Positions 41,801 to 52,750 of a DNA stretch of 64,000 nucleotides are shown piece after piece (the first letter of the stretch is position 1; every line of letters begins with the position of its first letter). The stretch is from contig CM120642.1 of assembly GCA_051362555.1 (NCBI GenBank), positions 24,676,001-24,740,000 on the forward strand, written 5' to 3'. This DNA is from Lingula anatina. Its lineage: Eukaryota > Animalia > Brachiopoda. A program made the position numbers and the translations under genes. The notes under the pieces are model-generated. The model was not told where the DNA came from. It did no database searches and worked only from the letters and a program-made list of their open reading frames with translations.

Positions 41801-44800
41801 CCTTCTTTAAATTGCCAGTATTTTTACTGTGTTCACAAGAATTCCGTGATGGTCTGAAATATGTTTGGTATAATGTCAAAATGGCGTGTAGATCTTCCAT
41901 CGAAATCACCACTGCCATTTAGACTTTTGTGTCTAAAAAGCTCAAGAATAACTATTTACTGTATGTGTCAAATAGAAAAAATATGAGTGTGTGATGAGAT
42001 TGATAAAAAGTTGTGAATTTCACTAAATTTAGTTGATTTTTTTAACTTAAATTCTTAATCATTTTGTATAAATAAGTCATATAATGCACTAAAATACTGT
42101 GAACTCTATCAAAAGTCAAGTGATAATAAAACAAAAAAATGTTCAAACTCACAGGACTCCTTTCTCAACCTAAAAACATTCATATTGAAGTATATTCGAA
42201 TGTGTTGAAAATCAATACAGAAAATATGAGAGATGATGCTTGAAATAATAATATATTTTTCATATGACGTGATTAGTCCATTAAGGATTTGATTATCATA
42301 TACCTGTACATGTACATATTTATATATCTTCATTGAAGAGTTCAAAGGTGTACTTCTGCAGATATTGAATGAACTAGGTTACAAACAAGTGATGTAAGGA
42401 TCGCTCATGATAGTTAGACCCCATTTCCAGAGATTAGATTGATCTACTTTAGATCGACCTAACTCCCTGGGGGTTCACGCTAAATAGCTGTCAGCCGAGC
42501 TGACACGAAAGTTAATTACCCCCTTACAGCTTGTAGTAGGCGGGACGGCGGGATTTAAGCTGGATTATCTGACAGTAATCTAGTGAGACTCCCCGCGGGG
42601 ATAGATTGATCTAAAAGCTCTGGGAATACAGCCTTAGACTAGGTTCCCTCAGATTTAGATAAATCCATCTGGATTGACCTAACTCCCTGGGGGTTCACAC
42701 TAAATTGCTGTCAGCTTCCGGGAGCCGAGCGCGCACTAAAGTTAATTACCCCCGTACAGCTTATAGTAGGCGGGACAGACATTTAAGCTGGTTAAGCTGA
42801 CAGCAATCTAATGAGACTCCCCAGGGGGATAGATCGATCTAAATATCTGTGGGAATGGTCTCTTACTGTACCCAGTACTAGTATGTTGTAAGAACTATAG
42901 TAGTAATTTTAATTAAAAGTTAACATGGATGATTTATCGTCATTAAGGAATATCCATATGTCATTGTGAATAAAAGTTGGAATGAAATGTGATGGTGCTT
43001 AAAGTCCCAAGGTGCTCATGATTAGTACTGTACAGAATGAAGTTTGACTCTTAGACCCCATTCCCAGAGATAAGATCAATCCAAACTAGATCGACCTAAC
43101 TCCCTGGGGATTCATGCTAAATAGCTGTCAGCAGAGCGGGCATGAAAGTTAATTACCCCCTTACAGCTTGTAGTAGGCTGGACGCACATTTAGGCCGGAT
43201 TATCTGACAGTAATCTAGTGAGATTCCCCACGGGGATAGATCGATCTAAATGTCTGGGAATACGCCCTTAATTGAGGGGTTTGTTGTTGGGTGTTTATCT
43301 GTCAGACACAATAATAATAAATAATGTACTTTTGTGTCATTCAGACAGATATATATCTTGAATATGAGACTGTTGATACACCATTGTTTGTTCCAGTGAT
43401 GTGTGGATATCATTCATTTCGTATATGTAAATGTATAATGATATTTTTATAATACGTACCCCATGTTTTCTTCATTCTCAGTATGTGTATACTGTGTAGT
43501 TCAGAAATTTTTGATTTACTCATTTGTTTTTCATAAGCACCTTTGAGGCTTTCAGTAGTGTGGTGACCCTTGGCTAAATAAAAAGTTTGCAGCAATATTG
43601 CCCCATACTAAAAGTTGGAAGCATTGAGTTTGCAAGAAAATAATTATTGCTGCTAATTTGCATTGATTTTCATACTGTTACACAGTAGCAAATTTGCTGC
43701 AAATTTGCAAGAAGGAATTGCAGTTTGCAGCAAATTTGCAACAAGCCTGATATTTTACTAAGGAGAATTATGAAATTGAAAATATTTATATTTTTCATTG
43801 AATGCAGCATATGGTGATTTATCATCCTTGTGTTTATGGTAGCCTTAAGGCATTCCCTTAGCAAAATGAAAAGTTTGTGGCAAGGAGTTAGCAAAAGTTT
43901 GTAAGAAAAAATTTGTATTGCTGGTAATTTCACAGCAAAATTGCAAGAATGTCTTAAGTTTGTGGCAAGTTTGCAAGAAAGTCTTTTTAGTCTTGAAAAT
44001 TTGCTGCAAATTTGCGAGAAGCCCATTATTGACATTAAGGTTTGCAGTAAGTTTGCAGGAAAGTATTCAAGTTTTTACAAATTGGCAGAAAATTCAACAA
44101 ATTTACAAGAACATAAAATTCCTTTTTGCAAATTTGAATCGAATTTGTGAGAAAGTTTGCAGCAGGCCCGTTTTTTCTGCTAAGGGTTAGGATGCCTACT
44201 TAGCTGCATACATTTGTACATGGACAGAATGGCATTGTAATTCTGAAACCAAATGCCACTTCTTGCTCTTACTGAGGATTGTAGAGGTCATATCCAGGGT
44301 ATCTCCCATAAACTATGCTTGTTTGCACACACAAAAGCCTCATAGTAGTTACATTATTGAAGAGAGTTATTGCATGTTCATCATGCTGAACAAAACAATC
44401 ATTGTCTTTAGATTTCACTTCAGATTAAGTCACGTTGCAGTAATTTCAGTTCAGAAGGCAAAGGTCAAAGGTATAGCACCTAACTGTATTTTTAAAAAGT
44501 AGTTACATTTGTTTACCATTTTGATCTGAAAAATGTTTAATTTGTCTTATTTTTAGATAAAATTACATTATGGCAGTCTATAATTAAAATGGTATGTGTT
44601 TTGAAGAATTTCTTCATAAATAGTTCAGGTGATTTGCTCTATATAGAAAAGCGAGAGTACATGTACTTTGTAGTTTTATTGTTTGTTAATCAAGTTGTAA
44701 TTGATAATTGTTCTACTTGTACCCTGGATATAGGTCAATGTAATCAGATGTTTTTTTCTGAAAGGTCCAAAGGATGGTATTAATGTGATAATCTTGACTA

Positions 44801-47775
44801 TACTGAAGCTTTCAGTACAAGTTTGAAAACAACAGAACATGATAGATGATTTTTATCCTTACCAACAAAGATGGTTACGTAAGTGGGATCAGAATATATA
44901 AAACTACATATTGATATGTAAAATATTAAAGAAACCAATTCAAAGTAGTAGTTTGATGTGTAGTTTTTTTGTGATTGATGTATTCTCTCTGGTGTGCTTC
45001 ATGGACATTTAGAAGCACTTAATTACTGCAGCTATATCTGTATGAAGGCATTCACAACAGATGATCCTTGGATCTACTGATCCGCTGATCCAATATGGTG
45101 GATCCTTCATAAAAGAAGAGCCAACTAATCTGCAGATGGTCTCTCCGCCTCCGCATGCATTTGACTTTGCATTCAAACCTTGAGTGATTCAAAGCCCAAC
45201 CTTCCTCTGCTGCCAAAAATCCATTACCAAGAATGATCAACAAAAATGCCAAAATATTAAATATTGTTGTTTTTTTTTTCATTAATTATTCTTGCTAGAT
45301 ATGCTGGTGGTTATACTACCATATGTACACATGTTAAAGCAGCCATTTCTCTTATATTAATAATCTGGAATTTTTAAAGCCCAAATAGTTTTATCTTTTA
45401 AATATTTTAGTTAAACCTTCTTCATGCCTGTAATTTGTATTTATAATTAGATTTCAAACATATAACACTTCCTCTTTGCAGCAAATTAATTTTTTATGCC
45501 TTAAATTTGCTTGGCTTGTCAATTGATTTTAGCTCACAGGGGTAAACCAAATTACTTAAATTATTAAATTGAACATCTTTTTTCAATTTGCAGTTTGGAA
45601 TAATTCAGAATTTTTCTAGACACATAACACAAACTAGTACTCCATGCCAATTAAACCATGCTGCAAGTTAAGGGAGTCCCATATCAAATTATAACACCAT
45701 TATGTAATATTGTTTTTGAATGAGGATATGTCAAACCCTTGGAGACATATACTATATAATGAACTGTCTGGTAGAGCCAGAGAACTAATGGATGTATTGT
45801 GTTTTTCTATATATCTGTTTTTTCCCTGGCATATATCTGGGACAGGAGATACGTTATTATAGAGTTATTTGAATGCATTGACATGAATACCAAGTTCCTT
45901 TGAGATTTCAACACACTGACATATTGCGGCACTGCATTGATAAAAGTATTAGAAATATGTCCCTGATTGTAAGACAATAGAGACAAGTTTTACCAGAATC
46001 CAGTCATTCTAAGAAAAATTGCTTCCTAATGGACAGAAGGAGTAATTATAGGAAGATAAATAATTGGAAATGTCTGAGAAATATGAGTAAGTAATGATCT
46101 TTTGAGCACGAAGTTTTGGATTGTCGTTAGTCTGACGCAAGGGGACATCTGTTTTTATGATTCAGAAGTAAGATTGTTAAAGACTTTGAAAACTAAGTAT
46201 ATTCCAAGTATTAACAGACAAAAAAAAATGTACATTTGATGTGTATGATTGGAAAATGGCACAGATATTTATGATAAGCACCTCTAAAGCTAGGAAAGAA
46301 AGGTAATGATGGTTCAATTATATTTATATAATAATTGTGGTTTTGCCCCAACTGCCTGATTGTAGTATACATAATTTAATGTTTGCTCATAAATTGAGCA
46401 GTGTTTGATTCCCCTTATGGTCTTGACCAGGTTTGGCATGGCCATTTAGAAATTGAAAGTTTGACAAGATTGTGGTTCACACCTAATTATTTGCCAATCA
46501 TTTCAACATTGGATGGCTTATACAAAGATCATAGTTGATATGATCAGGCTTCCAGAATGCACGCAAGCATGCACGCAAGCATGCTCACACACATGCATAC
46601 ACATGCACACAAACCAGTATATCATTGTTGTAAAATGTCAAGAATTTTCATCTTTGGTGGAAATTTAAAGTACAAAATAAAGCTAGGGAATAAACAATGT
46701 GTTTATTACCTTCTGGTGATAATTATCACTTTGTGGTACAGTAACATTAAGTTATATTTTGTGTGTAGAAGAAGAGTGTTATACTGGTCAGAACTGGAAA
46801 ACATCCAAGTTAAAGAAAATGCCAATTAATATAGTATAACATTATCTTAATTCCAAAATGTTGGACGTCTTTGCACTGTACCTGATGTTTCCTCCACCTA
46901 ATCACAATGTACAATTAAGCACAAGCATACTACACTCAGCACCAAGGAGTCCAATCTGTCCAATTTGTATTATACATACATGAGTACTTGCATAAAAGAA
47001 AGTCAATTTCAACACTGTGATCTTCGGGGTATTCAGCAATTTTAAACGGGGTTCAAAAGGGTGCGAGTGTGTAATGTCTTAGTAATAGACCTATTGTGCA
47101 CTGATCATGCTCTCTCTCAGGAATATAACATGATGTGAAAGGATATTGGAATTTCTTCTTGATATGTTGCCATAGCAACAGACTCTTACGACTGCTTAAT
47201 TCAGTTTCCCAGATCTCCAAACAACGTACTGTACATTATTCTCATTTGTCTCCAAATGGAAGACAGAAGAAAATTTCCATCAGCATTTAATTGTCAAAAA
47301 CAATTGCTTCCAAAAATTAAATTGAAGGCAACTCTTTATAATGATAATTGTAAGCTGTGTAGCTCATGCATTATACTTGTGCCTGTTGTTTTATGAAGAA
47401 GATTCAACTTTATGTGGTAAAATAAGACAGATGTATGCTGGAAGGCAGTTTTTTGTATAGTGCAAGTTGGGCAAAGAAAATGTCAAGGAAAGTAGATAAG
47501 TTGCTCTGGGTTCAAATTGTCTAAATAGGCAAATTTGTCTACTTATCTTTTTCTTGCCTGACCATTAGTCTTTTTAGAGGAAAGCTGGAGGTGACAGGGA
47601 TGTCTAGAAAAAGAAGATTACCTGCAGCTGGAACTACTAAAGTTGGGGGGGGGGGTAGGTAATGGAAGTATATGTGTTCGATCTTATCCAGCACTAAAGC
47701 AAATTCTTCAAAATGAAAAAAAGAAATACAACAGAATTAGTAAGGCTTTTTAAAGGCAATTTTCCAGTAATATTA

Positions 47776-47808
<33 letters not shown>

Positions 47809-50800
47809 TTTGCCAAAAGATATAATTCCTTTTAATGAACAGATAACTTGTGGACATTCTCACCACAAATCAGTTGACGTAATGAGATTTTCACGACAAA
47901 CGTGTGTACAGCATAATCTGGCCTTTGGGATTGATATTATGCAATACATTGAGAAACAGACCATTTGCTGTCACTGCAGGTTAATTTACCATGAGGGTTC
48001 TAGCCTTCAATGACATTATAGTTACTTCGAGCCCTTTTGTTTCTCCCAAAGCGCCCCATTTTTCAGAGACTGTCAGACTGTTTGAACAGATTATAACTTT
48101 CATATTTCCCAAGGGAGGTGGGTAACATTCCAGAGACCAAGGAAAGATTACGTTTATTAGGAATCAACTGCAGAGATCATAATGACCAGGGCATGAGCTT
48201 CTGTGGAATGTCTTCATGATACAGGTGTATCATCAGTACTTTTCTGATATATCACTTCAAGGAACTTAATTAAGTCATTCCATTAGTTATTTTTGAGGTG
48301 ATGGAGAGACTTGAGGGTGATGCAATGTAAAACATATCACTTCTGTATCAATTTGCTTAATATGGCTTTTGAAGCCAAGAAGCATGCTACGTTTCTATAA
48401 GGAAGCCGAGTGAATGCCGGTTCTACTTTCAGACCTTTCTCATTAATTACCAGTAAATTAATTATTAGCATCTGCCATGTAAAGTGTTGAATTTTTTATT
48501 TCAGTTCAAGACTATGGTACCTGATGTGAATATTTTTAATGTTAAATCTGTATCATTTTCCAGAGATTTTATGGAAACTCATTACCATGTGGAAAGGAAT
48601 CTTTCAAGGATCCGTGCATTGGTTTACTGACAGCAGAGCAGGCACTGGCAGACTACGCAGTGTTGCTGACACAGCTGAAGAAAGACTTGGGAGCCAAGAA
48701 TGTCCCTGTTATTGCCTTTGGGGGCAGGTGTGTAGATAAGTGCTTTTAGTTATTTTTTAAATGCAAAATTCCAAGTGCACTTGTTTACCTTTTTAATTTG
48801 GAGGATTTTATTTATGGAGGATTCAGAAGATTCTTTTGATATTTTGAAACTTATATGTATAAACATATTAAAATTTTTGTTCAGCTTCAGAAGGACATTT
48901 GCAAAAGTAATAAATAAGACTTTAAATCGATCATCTAAAGGCTAATCAAAAATTAATCTGTAGGCTCTTTTTTTTTCTGAAAATTCATTTTCAAAATTTG
49001 CCTCAAAAATTTAACGTTGTAAACAGTCAGCACAAGGTAGCCATAGATTTTATAAAGTTATGGCAACATTTCTGTAGTCTGACTTTTCTTCATTTACATT
49101 ACATTTTATCCCTTTCACAGTTATGGCGGAATCCTAAGTGCATACATGCGGTTTAAGTACCCCAATGTGATAGATGGCGCCATTGCAGCCAGTGCACCAC
49201 TGCTCTCCACAGTTGGGGCTGCTCCAGGAACCTACTTCTGGGAAGATATAACTCGTGTTGGTTGAAATAGTATTTTGTTTGGAAAGAGAATGAACCACTG
49301 CATCAACTTACCATGTATATCACCAGCTACCCATTTACAGTTATAATACAGTATATCTCTCCCCCCCCCCCCCCAAAAAAAAAAAAAAAAAAAAAACCCT
49401 CCAATTGCAAGGTTGCGAGACAAAGTGCATGGTAATCTTAAGCATCAGCAACATGTGTTTGGAAATGTAAAATGGATCCCTGTTTGCAACTCATGTATTT
49501 AACCATTAGCTCAATAAAAAATTATCTTTCTCTTCACATTAAATATAATCAACCCTCATTTGAAAGTGTGTAGAAGGTGAAAGTGATTGTGTTAGTTGTG
49601 ATTTCAGGATTGTGCCATGGCTCACCCAGAGTGCGTCCCCAAGACTAGAGCTGCTTTTGTTGAAATGGAAATGATGTACCAACTGGGCAGTAAAGGTACA
49701 TATATAGCTTTCAGACCTTGCTGATAAGTGGAAGATAAAAAGAGTGAATATGTTAAAAATATTAATGTTGAATATTAGTATATAGAGTACATAAAGTATA
49801 GTCAAAATATGTTTCATAAAGAATTAAATCCTCTTGAAAGTTTTATTTGTACAGCTGCAATTACACTTAGTAAAGTTGTCTTATTTCAGAATGTCCAAAG
49901 GGACAGAATCAATGAAAACAGAAATTAAAGCTGACATATTTAACAAGATAGTATCTTGGTCATCCACTTTCTTTACAATTTTACATGCCAACAACACAAA
50001 TGGAATGGTTATTTTATTTTTTGCCAAAAGTTAAAACATGCATCTTCTGGTAACTGCTCTGCATATTTTAATGATCTCAACATTTCCCTGCAGGACTGCA
50101 GCAGCTCTCTGCAATATTCAAGCTGTGTAACCCATTGAAAAATAAAGCAGACTTCAAACACTTGCAGGGATGGACAAGGAATGCTTTTGCCAACGTGGCC
50201 ATGTTTAATTATCCATATCCTGCAAATAACCTTCCTGCAAACCCCATACAGGTAGCTGTTTTCTCAGTCAATAGAAATCTCATTGATTTTTAAAAAGGGA
50301 TTATTTATTTATTTAGATTAATAAAAAAACTAGATCATTTTCTGCAAATTCGTCATTGATAACTGTGAATTTTTAATTTTGGGGTAGGTTTACCTCATAT
50401 TTTTAATATGTATACCTACGAGTAGCAGTTTGAAGTGTTATTTGACATAAATGATGATAATTGTAATGATAATACATGTAATAAGAAAAGTGATAAGCAG
50501 CAACAGCAGTAGAACTTTGTATTTACCCATTATTATTTTTTTTCCTTAAACAGAATATGTGCAAGCTAATCATTAATAGTAGTATCGTGGAGTTGAACTT
50601 GAAGGGTCTGGCAGCTGCAGCAGGCAAGCAACACTTTTAGTTTGTATAAAACTTTTTTTGATTAGAATTGTATGTTTTTTTTTTCCACAAGAGACAATAA
50701 AAAACCTATTCCCCAAATTTCAAGACTGCAGGATCCATCTGTACTAGCAGAATCCATTTAATTCCGAGGGGATTCTCGCTAAATTGCATTCAGTTTAAGC

Positions 50801-52597
50801 AGCTTAAATGTCTGTCATGCCCACTGAAGCTGCTATTAACTTTAGAGCACACTGAAACTAAATGCAATTTTGCGAGAAACCCCTCGACATAGATCGATCC
50901 TGCTAGTACGATAGGGTATGGGAATGGTCCCTAAATGTCCCCTATCACATACAATGTACATGTACTTAAACTCTCAGATGGATTAACAGTAGGAATGGGA
51001 ACTCAGATCAGGATCTATTCAGTCTGACCCTTCATTTTATTTGTAGGTTTATATTATAATGCAACCAGTGGAAACAGTAGGACGTGTTTTGACATTTATT
51101 CTGACTTTGTGGAGTGTGCGGACCCCACTGGCTGTGGCGTGGGCTCTGACAGTTTGGCCTGGGACTTTCAGGTGGGTATACATGTACATGTAGTTAGATA
51201 ATTAGAGTACTTTATGATCTGTGTATTTCTTCAAAAATTAAAGGATTTGGTAAAGATTTTCAAAGTGCTTTCAAGCAAAGATCCAGTACTTGGATCATGT
51301 TGGTTTCTAGTTTCAAGTCGCTTCCAGTGCAGTCAACTTTTCAATGTATAGAACTTGTTGAACAAGTGGATAATCAGACTGTTTAATTTTTCTGATAAAA
51401 AATTTAAAAAAAAACAAACTTACACATGATACAAACTGTATAATTAAGCTAGTATGAGCATGCTATTCACTCAATTATCATAGTGTTGGTACACATAATA
51501 TTAATATGCTAATTGAATCAATAAGATGTGTTGTAGTGTTCAATCTTTGCCAGTAGTTTGCCTGTCATTGGTAATGAATGAAGCATATACATGGCCTTAC
51601 AGTACTTATCCATGCTACATAATTTATATGTTTTCATAGGCCTGCACTGAGTTTGTGATGCCGCCCGGCAGTGACGGAGTCAGTGACATGTTTCCTGTCC
51701 TGCCCTTCACCCTGGCTATGAGGACAGAATACTGTCAGCAGAGGTGGAATGTCACTCCAAGAGATAACTGGACTAGGATAAATTACTGGGGACCAGGTAG
51801 ATACACTTAAGCCCCATTCCTATACACACCTGGATCCATTTACATGGATCAACTCAACTCTGTGGGAACTCTTGCTGACTGCAATCAGCTTAACTGAATG
51901 ATTGGCATTAAGTAGAATGCAGAAAAGCTGGTGATTATGCAAATATCTTGAAAACAAGAGGTGTCTCATTCAGTTAAGCTGATTGCACTTAGCGAGAGTC
52001 GTGGTGGAGCTGGGTTGATCCATGTAGCCGATGGTGTCTGTGAGAATGGGGTCTTTAACGTGTTTCCTTTCCCTTTCCTTGCCCTGTTCTTTGCACACTC
52101 TGTAAGGAAGATCTGGGCCCTGTAACTCGAAAGCATCGCACATAGCGACCAAGCGCAAGCGTCTCGATTCCATAACTCACCCTACTCACCCCATATGGGG
52201 GTTATGGAATCGAGACTCTAGGGCTCAGTCGTAGTGTGTGATGCCTTCGAATTACAGGGCCCTGGTGTCAGAGCAGGCGAAATGTCACATTGTTACATGA
52301 CCTGCCCAAGATATATATTACTGATCAAAAAACCAACATCAAACAAGTTATTGCCTACAGCTGTTACATGGTCTGGACAACTTGGAGCACTTTGAAGGCT
52401 TCAAAGCTATAACTTGTTTAACATTTTTGTGTTGAGCATGCGGTCTTTAATTTTGTTTATTATTTTTTTAGATATTGAAAGTTCAAGCAACATTGTGTTT
52501 TCTAACGGAGACTTGGATCCCTGGCACAGAGGAGGGGTGGGTGTTGAAATATATTGGGACTTCAAACAAGTTGTAAAGATATTGGAAAACTATCAGA

Positions 52598-52633
<36 letters not shown>

Positions 52634-52701
52634 TTAAACTCAAACATGTAGATATTGATTATATTTTGATACTACATTTTGTACAAATATTAGGAAAATT
52701 A

Positions 52702-52750
<49 letters not shown>

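Noticed and set aside
43670-44190. Overlapping ORFs 43670-44035, 43918-44190 and 43941-44150
   Set aside because: They arise from the repetitive TTGCAGCAAA motifs of a non-autonomous element and show no protein features.
46936-46954. RE1/NRSE-like TCAGCACCAAGGAG
   Set aside because: Only the left half matches the consensus; a likely chance match.
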